A stretch of 36,756 bases of DNA from Octopus bimaculoides. Its lineage: Eukaryota. This document shows, piece after piece, positions 12,255 through 23,925 of this stretch (the stretch's first letter is position 1; every line of letters starts with the position of its first letter). Under the pieces are notes generated by a model. It made no database searches, was not told the DNA's origin, and saw only the letters and a list, made by a program, of their open reading frames with translations. The translations under genes were made by a program, and so were the position numbers. The stretch covers positions 89,921,926 to 89,958,681 of the forward strand of contig NC_068988.1 in assembly GCF_001194135.2 (NCBI RefSeq). The letters run 5' to 3'.

Positions 12255-12394
12255 AGGCAGCGGCGAGGCATGATTCGAAAGCTAAAACTATGTAAAGCGC
12301 ATTGATCGGCAATATTATCAGATACTGTTATACACCGCAAGTCACAATGCGCTTTGCTTAGTTTTAGCTATCGACTCATGCGTCGCCGCTGCCT
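12255..12394. repeat. 50-bp inverted repeat with 40-bp spacer
   Basis: 12255-12304 versus the reverse complement of 12345-12394: 45/50 identical by hand alignment. Confidence 0.92.
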
Positions 12395-12407
12395 TTTATA
12401 TTATTTT

Positions 12408-12539
12408 AGTCTTTTCTTTGTTTCACTCATTTGACTGGAACCATGCTGGAGTACTGCTTTGAAGTGTCTTTGTTAAAAAATTCTACCCCAGAACTTATTT
12501 TTTAAGCCTAGTATTTATTCTGTACGGCTCTTGGCCGAC
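12408..12539 (-). mobile_element. SINE family C 3' fragment, diverged
   Basis: tgtttcactcatttgactggaaccatgctggagtactgc..ccccagaacttatttttaagcctagtatttattc. Confidence 0.7.
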
Positions 12540-13859
12540 GGTATAATGAAACTTTAAGTGTATTTGGAAAATACTTATTAAGGTTGTATCATTTAGCTTT
12601 TTAATTTTGCAAACCGGCTTACTAATTTGATGTGGGTGCTTGTAGCTGACTGCCCTTAACTGTTTTTGTAATTAACCTTGTCATTAATTTACTCATAATT
12701 CCTCCCTGTATATAATTGACTCAAGTTAATTTTCAGCAGTTCGTAATTGCTAGATTATTCACGCCAGTGTATAATTGGACTTTAGTAGTTTAGCCTTATT
12801 ACATAATTTGATTCTGAGTTATCGACCTATATATAATTAATTGGTTCATAATATATTGACCTGCTCCGAAAGTGGCTCTTGCTTATCGACAGCTGCACTT
12901 TCTTAGAAGTTCCAGACATCATAGACCTAATGACATAATTCTTATTTATGCAATGGGCGCAAATAGACATCTTGATCGGATTTTATTGTTTTTAATATAA
13001 ACACAATTATTTCAATTATCAGAGAGATTTTGCCAAATTTCAGTTCCTGACCGTGACTGAAGTTTGGAATTCGCATTGGTAATGGTATAGCAGTTCTTAA
13101 CTGAACTAGCAACCAGATCGTAATCCCATGTAAACTAAATACTCCAATCGACTTTGGCGGTCGAGCATTTTTCTGCAATCCACAAGCCTTATATAAAAAT
13201 ATAAATAGTCACTCTGTTGTCGACTTACTGATGGATGGATTCCAGCAAAGCGTCCCCTAGATAATATTCACTGAGGAACTTTTCCTCCAGTTGCTGTTTG
13301 AACCGAAGTAGGAGATAGTTACTATCATATGTAAAATCGCTAACCCTAACCCAAATGCAGGCTTTTAAAGCTCAAGATTTAGGTTCTTATAGGAAAATAG
13401 AATATGTATTTTGCAATTTACCTTCTCCACTATACCATGCTTACCATTCGTAATCATCAGTAAAATCGTCTTTTGTAGCACACCTGACAATGTACTCTTA
13501 AAACACTACAAAGAGGATGAGACGAACTTTGCCCGGAGATGACACGATAGCATCACCCGAGAAATATTTCCCGGCTGCTATTTGAACTACAGTAGGGAAA
13601 TATTACATTTATATATAACATACACTACGGAATAAATGCAGTGTTTTAAAACTCAGGGTGTAAATTCCTGTAGGAAAATAGACTAACCACATTGCATGTT
13701 ACTTTCTTTACTATACCCCGATGATAAGGCCTCAGTTTGTTACAATCGTCTTGCCATCCCCATAATATTTTAACTACTTCTCCATCTTTTTGCCTCTATC
13801 CTTGCCACCACTCTACCACCAGCTTTTCTTCTACCACCACTATTACTATATCCAACTAC

Positions 13860-14190
13860 ATCCATTACTCAAGAGTATCAGAATAACCACCACCAACACC
13901 AACACCCAACCTCTACCCTCATCTCCATTCCTCCACATCATCAGTATCATCACCACCACCACCACATTCATCATTATTATTATAACCACCACCACCATCA
14001 CCCACTCCATCGTTCACCATCTCCACCACCATTTATTACACCGTCTACTACAACGGCCACTGATCGCTACAAGTGCTTCATCATCACTAAACCTAACTCA
14101 CAGCACCAACACTACAACCACCACCACCACCACCACCACAGCCACCACATTCACCACAACCACCACCAAACCACGTCACCACCAACACTA
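13860..14190. repeat. Degenerate (ACC/ATC/AAC)n trinucleotide tract
   Basis: Low-complexity tract giving poly-T/H/I pseudo-ORFs. Confidence 0.75.
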
Positions 14191-15372
14191 AAACCAATTA
14201 TTATAAGATATTAAAGTACATTTAGTATGAATTTCCTTTGATCAATAGAAATATGTGTTGAGAATTATTATTTCTCCACAGCACTGGTGTAGAGTGGTGT
14301 GATGGTGATGGAGGTAATAGTTGATAGTAGTGTTGCACGGAGAGGTGGAGGGATTGTAGCTTTCCGTTGCGAATGGAAAATACTACGAAGCAGTGCCTCG
14401 TGCTGTGGTGATATGTAATGCTACGATTGTCGTTGTTTCTGCTGCTGTTTCTGCTATTTCTGTTGTTATTGTTGTCGTTGTTGTTGTTGTTATTTAGCCC
14501 CGAGTCAGCCCTGATCATTCATGTTTATGAACAAAACGTGCAAACTGTGATCAGTTCGTTTCGTTTGTGTTTTTCCTTTTCGTTTATTTTGTCTTGTAAG
14601 AAATACATTAACTATGTGTTCTTTCTTATATAAGTGAGTGTGTTCATTGAGAGGGTTTTGCTTCTTACTTCTAGCCAATTGAGAATGTCTGTATACAGGT
14701 TCTCTCTTGTTATAGACCGCTGATATCGATGGTAATATTGAAAGAGTGAGGTTTCATATTGTTTAACTCCAGATTAAATTCGATCGAAGAATTCGATTAC
14801 GAAAAGTACACACACCCATCACTCTCCCACCTAGTCATCTGAATGTATTTTATGGCCAGATTGTATAGTGTGTCCTTCCCTTAACTGTTATTTCTAGCAG
14901 GTCGATCGATTATGTACATAGTCCTTTTGGCAAGGTGTTGTGTGATACTGATGTGCGTTGTGATGCTTTACAAGATTTTGAATTTGTGATGTTATTGATG
15001 TGTAAATGTTATTTTGCTAATCTTTCATCATCACCAAAAGATATTCCATCTACAACTATCCAGTCTTTATTCAGACATTATGTATCTACCTTCCAACGAA
15101 GAGGAACTTTACTCCACATTACCATCTTCTAAACAAAACCTAATTGAGAGTTAATATGTTTGAAATTTTATTTTCCTTTGGCTTTCAATTCTTGGAGGAT
15201 TGGTGGAGGCGCAGTCGTAATAATAGGATATACGTCGGCATCTCGAACACGGTGGAGCTCATACTTCTCCAAACAAACGCCCCTGCAACTGGAGGGATAA
15301 CATACTTTCCGAAAGGTTGAAAAGGAAGTTTACCTCGGTGGCATTAAAACTTAATGTACTAGCACCTTGACT

Positions 15373-15690
15373 AATATTCCTTTCTACTATAGGCAAAAGG
15401 TCTGAAATTTTGGGGAGTGGGACTAGTGGATTACATCAGTTCCAGTACTAAACTGGTGCGTATTTTATCGACCACGAAGGATAAAATGCAAAGTCGACCT
15501 CAGCGGAATTTAAACTCAGAACGTCGAAACAGATGAAATACCGCTCAGATGAAATGCCGCTCAGATGAAATGCCGCTCAGATGAAATGCCGCTCAGATGA
15601 AATGCCACTCAGATAAAATGCCGCTCAGACAGATGAAATTTTGCTATCAACCTTCGGAACCACACAGATGAAATGCCGCCCAGCATATTA
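15373..15690 (-). mobile_element. SINE family A carrying an internal minisatellite
   Basis: aatattcctttctactataggc..aaagtcgacctcagcggaatttaaactcagaacg, followed by the expanded 16-mer. Confidence 0.88.
15530..15625. repeat. 16-bp minisatellite (CAGATGAAATGCCGCT) x6
   Basis: Six head-to-tail units; units 1, 5 and 6 have one substitution each. Confidence 0.95.
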
Positions 15691-16007
15691 GCCTGGGCTA
15701 ATATTGTGATGCATTCTACCTGAGGCTTTAAGCGAGTCGCAAATTTGTCATAGTGGCTTCTGAAACAAATTACTAAATTAGATTATATTAATGGAAAAAA
15801 ATCATAATCATTAATGAAAACGTTCGTTAAAGTCAACGAGAAGAATTAAAAATTCAATTTTAATAAATATGGCAACATTGGTAATTACCGTTACAGAATA
15901 TATAGTTCTTATCAGCCTTTCTCAGTGAAGCATAGCATAGTCTTACTCATACTAAATAAACCTTATATTAATTGTGAGAACACATACACTCACACACATA
16001 TATGTAT

Positions 16008-16055
<48 letters not shown>

Positions 16056-16223
16056 CAAAGAACCAAAGAGAGAGTGTGTGTGCGTGTAAGACAAAGAGAC
16101 AAAGAGATACAAACATATTGATATGTATATATAGATATGTATGTATACATATATGCACGCATACATATACACACATCCACACACATACATGTCGGTGTGT
16201 GTGTCTGTTTGTGTGAGTGTATG

Positions 16224-17107
16224 TAAACGAGGGAGTACCCAAAAGAAACCGCAATTTTGCAATACTATTTCATATACTTAGTTTCACATGTTTACACTTT
16301 TATCGCCTTCAAAGTTTTCTGTATTTCAAGCAACGCATCGTCCGATATGTGCTTTCCACTGTTCGAAGCAGTGCTAAAACGCTTTCGAAATGTTACCTTT
16401 TAACATTTCCGTCGTTTTTTCCTCACCTCTTTGACATTTGTTAATTCCGTACCACTAGCTTTTGTCACCAGGTGTCCTCTTCGAATAAAGTTCCGGATCA
16501 ACTTCCAGCTGTTCTTTCAGTTCACGATAAGCATTTAGAGATGACTGTTTTTGATCTTCAGTGAGCAGGCGAGGCACAACTTTTGCTGTAACTCTTTTCA
16601 TTCGCAATTCCTCACTCAAACCTTCTTGGCAGGATATATCATCAAGTTCGTTAATTGTTCGGTGGTGCTCCTCGACGAACAGTTCACGGATTTTCATGAT
16701 GTTTTCATTCGTTCAGGAGATCGACAGTTGCTCTGAACGAGGTTGGTCCTTAAGGAACAAGTGACCATTCTTAAAGCGTGAAAACCACTCGCAAAATTTT
16801 GTTTAGTTCATTGTAGCGGTTTTGTAAGCTGTATGACAACTGTTTCGGCTGCTGTTTTCCCCAGCAGAAAACAGAATTTCGCGGAAAGACGCTGTTCCTT
16901 CGTTTCAGCCATCGTAAACATCAACGAACAGGGAAGAAGCACTGCAAAACAAGATGCACCACGTGGCAGGATGGCAACCAGCGAGAGCGCCGCTCAGCAG
17001 ATTGATAACTGAGGGTTGCATCAAGCGTCTTCTAGCGGCGGAAGCCCCAACTACAACGGGCTTATCCCAGAGATGACGCTTCTAGTTAACTTTGGGCACC
17101 GCTGCTT
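16224..17107 (-). mobile_element. Internally deleted Tc1/mariner (mariner-type) DNA transposon
   Basis: Mariner-like TIR taaacgagggagtacccaaaagaaacc at 16224, a degenerate counterpart near 17085-17107, and a decayed transposase between them. Confidence 0.85.
16284..16912 (-). pseudogene. Mariner transposase remnant: HTH N-terminus joined to the C-terminal helix, catalytic core deleted
   Basis: MAETKEQRLSAKFCFLLGKTAAETVV / TAYK..EWFSRFKNG..DQPRS / IRELF..LSEELRMKRVTAKVVPRLLTEDQKQ..PGDKS*W / EMLKG..CFEQWK..RCVA*NTENFEGD, with stops and frameshifts. Confidence 0.9.
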
Positions 17108-17728
17108 TGAAACTCTTTTGGTCGAAGGAATTGATTAAGTCATTCAAAAATGAATAGAGTCTGGATGCTGCTTGTTATTATTCTGGATGGTAATGTTCTT
17201 TTTATGCAACCCTGTGTCTGTCAGGTTAAACAGTTCTATGACACTTAATGTTGTCAGGTGAATCACGGCTCAAAGATAAATGTTCACAAGTATAGTATGT
17301 CTCCGTCTACTGAAACATTTCGACAGTTAACGATGTATCATTTTCTGGTCAGAGTAACACTCTGAACAAGATCCACTCATTTCACGGATAAATATATTGT
17401 TGTAAGCTTGGACATTTTGCCGTTGTTCGTACAATACCCGAGCAATATGTGATGGTCAGAGCAACACAGTTTGTATTCTTAGGCATTGACTGAACATCCT
17501 TTTCACTTAACAACTATGCATGTGATCAATGCGATTATTGATATTGTAGGTCTTTCTGCGACAATATAGCTGCTATATATTTATTAGTAGACAGTGTGGT
17601 ATAATATTGTAAGTGCGCGGTTCTGCCAGTGATATATATATATGCATGCATGTATGTATATAAAATATATGTTTACTTAGCGCTTGTTATTTAGAATATC
17701 TCACATAATTGTGCTCGTTGTGAGACAT

Positions 17729-18056
17729 ATTCGAAATAATATTATTATGGCGGCAACACAGGCGAAGTCTAAAAGAACATAATTGGAATACACATCCGAA
17801 ACTTATATAAATACGTATATTCTCTATAAAATGGAAATAAAATTCCAAAATACACAAATAGACAATATCAATGCAATGCATAAAATACGATTCAATTTAA
17901 GAAAATATCATTTGTAAATACATTTAAAATCGTACATTTTATGATGCATGTATATATATATATATATATATATTGTGTTCTTTGCTACATTGGTTTCTAT
18001 TAACCCATTTATTCTATCAGAAGAATTTTTATTCATTAAGATAGAAGAAATACACA

Positions 18057-18095
<39 letters not shown>

Positions 18096-18737
18096 NNNNN
18101 NNNNNNNNNNNNNNNNNNNNNNNNNNNNNNNNNNNNNNNNNNNNNNNNNNNNNNNNNNNNNNNNNNNNNNNNNNNNNNNNNNNNNNNNNNNNNNNNNNNN
18201 NNNNNNNNNNNNNNNNNNNNNNNNNNNNNNNNNNNNNNNNNNNNNNNNNNNNNNNNNNNNNNNNNNNNNNNNNNNNNNNNNNNNNNNNNNNNNNNNNNNN
18301 NNNNNNNNNNNNNNNNNNNNNNNNNNNNNNNNNNNNNNNNNNNNNNNNNNNNNNNNNNNNNNNNNNNNNNNNNNNNNNNNNNNNNNNNNNNNNNNNNNNN
18401 NNNNNNNNNNNNNNNNNNNNNNNNNNNNNNNNNNNNNNNNNNNNNNNNNNNNNNNNNNNNNNNNNNNNNNNNNNNNNNNNNNNNNNNNNNNNNNNNNNNN
18501 NNNNNNNNNNNNNNNATTCGAAATAATATTATTATGGCGGCAACACAGGCGAAGTCTAAAAGAACATAATTGGAATACACATCCGAAACTTATATAAATA
18601 CGTATATTCTCTATAAAATGGAAATAAAATTCCAAAATACACAAATAGACAATATCAATGCAATGCATAAAATACGATTCAATTTAAGAAAATATCATTT
18701 GTAAATACATTTAAAATCGTACATTTTATGATGCATG
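17729..18737 (+). repeat. 222-bp direct duplication (17729-17950 = 18516-18737) around a 420-N gap
   Basis: No differences found by eye; the ORF track gives the same peptide twice. Confidence 0.92.
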
Positions 18738-18974
18738 TATATATATATATATGTGTGTATGTGTTTGTGTGTCTGTGTTTGTCCCCCCAACATCGCTTGA
18801 CAACCGATGCTGGTGTGTTTATGTCCCCGTAACTTAGCGGTTCGGCAATAGAGAACGATAGATTAAGTATTAGGCTTCTAAAGAATAAGTCCTGGGGTCG
18901 ATTTGCTCGACTAAAGGCGGTGCTCCAGCATGGCCACAGTCAAAAGACTGAAACAAGTAAAAGAGTAAAAGAGT
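18736..18974 (+). mobile_element. SINE family C, 3' half starting at its internal microsatellite
   Basis: gtgtttgtccccccaacatcgcttgacaaccgatgctgg..ggcggtgctccagcatggccacagtc..aaacaagtaaaagagtaaaagag. Confidence 0.92.
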
Positions 18975-19486
18975 ATATAATTGAATAAGATAGAGTCAAC
19001 AAAAAAGATTCCGGTTGGATAGCTATGCGCTTATTTTCCCTCGTTGTTGTTGTTGATATAAATGTATGAGACTATATGTTCTGAGGTTGTTCTTAGATTT
19101 AGTGGGGGTAGCGCTGGTGATGATGGTTGTGATGGCAGTGACGAAAGCTTTTGTGTTAGCGTTGTGGTTCCAAAGGTTGATAGCAAAATTATTCGTGGTC
19201 ACAAAGCAGTGGGGTAGTAATGGTAATGTTTCCGTTAATGGTGGTAATTATCTTTTTGCTGTTGTTGCATTTTGTTATTGTTGTTAATTGTAGTGTTTGT
19301 ACTGGTAGCCGTTATAGTAATGTTGTTGGCGTACGAAGCATTGCTGTTTATATTGAACACCACTTGGTCCGTAATTATATTGAGCGATAACCCAAGACAT
19401 TCCTGTCGCGAAATGATATCGAGAACGTGTATTTACTTTCTTAACACGCCAAATGCGTTGTATCTCGGGTGCATATTTTTACGAGC

Positions 19487-19869
19487 GGAGGCGTAATGGC
19501 CCAGTGGTTAGGGCAGCGGACTCGTGGTCATAGGATCGCGGTTTCGGTTCCCAGACCGGGCGTTGTGAGTGTTTATTGAGCGGAAACACCTAAAGCTCCA
19601 CGAGGCTCCGGCAGGGGATGTTGGCGAACCCTGCTGTACTCTTTCACCACAACTTTCTCTCACTCTTACTTCCTGTTTCTGTTGTGCCTGTAATTCAAAG
19701 GGTCAGCCTTGTCACACTGTGTCACGCTGAATATCCCCGTGAACCACGTTAAGGGTACAAGTGTCTGTTGAGCGCTCAGCCACTTGCACGTTAATTTCAC
19801 GAGCATCCTGTTCCGTTGATCGGATCAACTGGAACCCTCGACGTCGTAAGCAACGGAGTGCCAACAACA
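19487..19869 (+). mobile_element. SINE family B, tRNA-derived, full length
   Basis: A box TGGCCCAGTGG, B box GGTTTCGGTTCCC, tail ggagtgccaacaaca. About 93% identical to 23926-24311 by hand count. Confidence 0.95.
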
Positions 19870-20255
19870 TTATACCAATAATAAACACACGCACTGTTTC
19901 TACATCGCTTGTTAGTTATTCATTAACTCGTCAATCTATGTTTCAGCTAATGCGTTTATCTCGGTAACACACTAGGAGTATTCTATCGCGAGAGAGTCAT
20001 TATGCCGGTAATACACACACGCACTGCTTCTATTTTACGCGTTAATTATTCGTTAATTGTAAACTATTTAATCAATTAACTGATCAATGTTTAAACTACT
20101 ATGTTTACCTTGTTAGCACACTAGATATTTTGTATCTCACGGGGGTCGTTATGCCCATAATAAACATACGTATTGTTTCTACTTCACTTGTTAATTATCC
20201 GTTAATTGAATAAATATTTAATGAATCAACTAATCAATATTTGAACTAGTGCGTA
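19869..20255 (+). repeat. Degenerate tandem repeat, unit about 130-150 bp, about 2.7 copies
   Basis: Units begin at 19869, 19999 and 20148 with (a/g)ttat(a/g)cc..taata(a/c)aca(c/t)acg(c/t)a(c/t)tg(t/c)ttcta..gtta(a/g)ttat. Confidence 0.75.
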
Positions 20256-20357
20256 GAGGAATAATGTCCCTTCTGATGTACAAACAAATCTGTTTCAACA
20301 CACGAGTTTACTTCAAGAATCTTCCAAGGCAAATACAAAAATGGAATATTCTAAATA

Positions 20358-20880
20358 GGCGAGCTGGCAGGATCGTTAGCACGCCGGGCGAAATGCTTAG
20401 CTTTATAACGTCTGTCTATACAATTTGAGTTCAAATTCCGCCGAGGTCCACTTTGCCTTTCATCCCTTCGGGATCGATAAATTAAGTACCAGTTGCGTAC
20501 TGGGGTCGATCTAATCGACTGGCCCTCTCTCCAAAAATTTCGGGCCTTTTGCCTAGATTAGAAAAGAAACATTAGCACGAGGTCGACATTACCTCTCATT
20601 CTTTCGGGGTCGATAAATTACGCACCAGTCGCGTACTGGGGTCGATCTAATCGACTGGCTCCCTCCCCAAAAATGTTGAGCCTTGTGCCTAGAGAAGAAA
20701 AGAACACATAGCGTTATTTCGTCTGTCTTTACGTTCCGAGTTCAAATTCCACCGAGGTCGGCTTTGCTCTGCGTCCTTTCGGGGTCGATAAATTAAGTAC
20801 CAGTTGTGTACTGGGGTCGATTTAATCCACTGGCCGTCGCTCCCAAAAATTCCGGGCCTTGAGCTTGGAGTAGAAAAGAT
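20358..20880 (+). mobile_element. Tandem trimer of SINE family A (20358-20568 full; 20572-20704 and 20710-20880 truncated)
   Basis: Three colinear copies of ggtcgataaatta..tactggggtcgat..gcct..gaaaaga. The direct repeat ATTCTAAATAG at 20348-20358 and 20879-20889 bounds the whole trimer. Confidence 0.93.
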
Positions 20881-21819
20881 TCTAAATAGTACGTGTCATT
20901 TGAAAGAATATGCTTCCTTTTTCTAGGAGGTAGAGCGACCTTCTAATTGACGTTAGTTTTGCAGTTAGCAATAGTCATAATGGTAGTACTCTAAGTGGTA
21001 CTTTAAGTAGTAGCATAATGGTACTTTAATGGTGGTACTTTAAGTAGTTGCGCCAATGATTGCAATGGCGGACATTTTGCTATTGGTGGTGATAATTATT
21101 GTTGCAATTGTGATAATAAAAGAAGTATTGCTACAGTTTTGGTTTTATCTTTTGTGCTTGTAGTATTTGATGTGGTTGCAGTGGTAGAATAGAGAGGCTA
21201 TTCGCAGTGGCGGTAGTAGTAGCATTCTTGTGGCTTTGTGTCATAATAATGCCGGTGGTAATGGTGGTCGTGTTAAAGGCGTTGGTAAAAAAAAAAGAGT
21301 AGCGGTAGTAGTAGGGGTTGTGCAGTACAAGTAGTGCTAGTATTACATTTGATGGGGTTTTTTCTATTGTTTCCTTGGTTGTTTTTATAATTCTTTTTTG
21401 GCTTCGCTACTACTATTTTTTTGTTAGTGTTTTATTTTTTTAATATCTTTGTTGTTGTTGTTGTTATTGTTGTTTTTGCAGTTCTTGTTGATGTTGATGT
21501 TGCTGTTGTCGACGGTGTTGTTGCTGTTGTTGATGATGATGACGTCACTTCAGTTGCTACTTCAGCTGATGTTGCAATTGTTTGATGTTGACCCGTTTGT
21601 GTTGTTATCGTTGTTGTTGTAGCTAATTCCATGACTGCCGTTGCTATAGTTTTTGTTTGTGTTGTGGCTGATGTTTGTTACTGTTGCTGTCTACTATAGT
21701 ACAGTAGTTGCTTTTTTTGTTTTTTGTTTTTTGCTGTTTTTGCACATAAAATCCTGGTATTGCTACCTGACGTACATCGTTGTATTTACTCTGTGTAATG
21801 CAGTAGCTGTCGTAGCAAT

Positions 21820-21935
21820 AGTAATAGTAGTAGCAGCAGCACCAGTATTATTATTATTATTATTATTAGTAGTAGTAGTAGTAGTAGTAGTAGCAGCAGC
21901 AGTATTATCATTATTATTGTTATTATTATTATTAT

Positions 21936-21989
<54 letters not shown>

Positions 21990-22078
21990 TAGTTGTAGTA
22001 GTAGTAGCAACAGCACCAGTATTATTATTATTATTGTTATTATTATTATTGTTATTATTATTATTATTATTATTAGTG

Positions 22079-22139
<61 letters not shown>

Positions 22140-22170
22140 CAGCAGTAGTAGTAGTTGTAGTAGTAGTAGT
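21820..22170. repeat. Compound (AGT)n(AGC)n(ATT)n microsatellite with higher-order repetition
   Basis: The block (AGT)n-(AGC)2-3-[ACC]-AGT-(ATT)n occurs three times. Confidence 0.9.
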
Positions 22171-23338
22171 AGCAGAGCTAGTGGTAACAGTAGTTAATAT
22201 TGTTGCTGCTCTCATCTGATTTTATTGTAGAAGGTATTGTTGTTGTTAATAATATAGCAGCAGCTACAGAAGTAGTAGTAGTAGTTGCTGTTGTTGTTGT
22301 TGTTGTTGTTACCACTGCTCCAGCTCATGTATTTATACTACTTGCTGTTGTTGTTTTTGTGGGGTTTTTTTTCTTTTTCTTTTTTGCTTTTGTTTTTTGT
22401 TTGTAGTTGTTGTTAATAACTGTCTGAGAGCTTTGAAAATATCTAAAAATTAAAGATAAAAAAGAAACCCATTTAAGCATAAAAAAAAACATAACGAAAA
22501 TATCTTATGTATCGATTTGTTCTTGCTTCTAGCGGTATATCGATAAATCAGCGTGAAGAAACACAGCAAAATAATATTCACACTGTTTCTATTTTAATTT
22601 TACCCCACGTCATTCTTCTCCTTTCCCATCATGCATTTCTCCTTAGCTTTCGATGACGTCCTCGTTTCCACCATGTCTTACTTTGAATTCAATACAGATT
22701 TCACCACATGGAGACTCTTAATATGTTTCCCGCCATCTCAGTAGTGGCTTTCTTTTGTTATACGTATATTGATATCTGTCGTGTTTTACGAGAATCTTGA
22801 ATTAGCGGCACCGGAAAGATTACTTTGGAATGTTTTGGGTTCAGAATGGAAATGATGCAAGTTAAGAACTCCAAACGTTTTATTAAAGAGCCTGATGTTA
22901 AACGAATCGTGCGCTAACTTAATCTTTCACTATCTCCTTGCTAGATTGCACGTATCTTTATGTCTTTTCCAGTCTCCATTCAAATTTCTTTCTTTACCAT
23001 CATGCACTTGAATGTTACAAGTATGTACTTCGTTTGAGTATCTTCATTATGAATACGAATTTACTTCTAAAAAGCAAGAGCTGCACTTTAATTTATAGAC
23101 AATATTTAACGTTCGTCGTCTCAAATGCTTCTGTTTATTTTTCCGTGAATAATCGAATGAAGCATCTACTGGATCATAACAACTTGCCAATAATTCTTAA
23201 TCACATTTCAGCTGTCCGATCATTCTGACATACCTGGATAACATAATAATAATAAAAAAACAACTGCATTCGTCAGATTACTGGATCGTCAGTTCGACCA
23301 AGACAGACAGAAAGATAGATAGATGGATGGATAAATAA

Positions 23339-23384
<46 letters not shown>

Positions 23385-23577
23385 GGATGGATGGATGGAT
23401 AGATGATAAAGGAAAGACTTCTTCTAAGTAATCGGAACAATCTTAATATCTTCCACACTTGACATTATGTATAATTTCTAAATCATGCGTTTATAAAGAA
23501 ACGGATTTCTGTTGCACATTATAGTGAAAGAAATGTTTACTTAACTATGTAGGACTTACAGAAAGTTCAAATTAAGA

Positions 23578-23619
<42 letters not shown>

Positions 23620-23925
23620 CAAAGTCATTGATATGTATCTAGTTTTGAGATTAAGATGTTATTAAGAATTATAATACCAAGAGACATATAGAACATATTA
23701 CTCCTTTATTTGTATATACAACAAGCGTGGTCTTTGTTACTCTGAAAAGTAAAGCAATCTGTACAAATTTTAATTAACCGTTTTGACTATAGTATAGATT
23801 GCTTAATGACGAACCTCCAATCACAAACTGGATGAAATTACTTACTTGGCACTTAATAGATTTCTGAAACTCTGAGAGTCAGTCATACTCAAAACTCACT
23901 TTCTTGCTTACTTATAATTTATATA

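Noticed and set aside
13340-13352. Telomeric TAACCC repeats
   Set aside because: Only two units, as expected by chance.
14901-15132. Open frame after a CAG acceptor (SIDYVHSPFGKVLCDTDVRCD..)
   Set aside because: No recognisable domain, a weak pyrimidine tract and no other support. It cannot be distinguished from chance without RNA data.
15530-15625. CRISPR-like regular repeat
   Set aside because: The units are contiguous with no spacers, derive from a SINE, and lie in eukaryotic context with no cas genes.
19487-19560. tRNA gene
   Set aside because: A and B boxes are present, but this is the head of a SINE that continues for about 310 bp. There is no proper cloverleaf or oligo-T terminator. 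The same holds for the other SINE heads.
21432-22406. Poly-L/V/T/N ORFs
   Set aside because: These are translations of trinucleotide microsatellites. The same applies at 13.8-14.6, 28.2-28.4, 30.7-31.0 and 32.4-33.8 kb.
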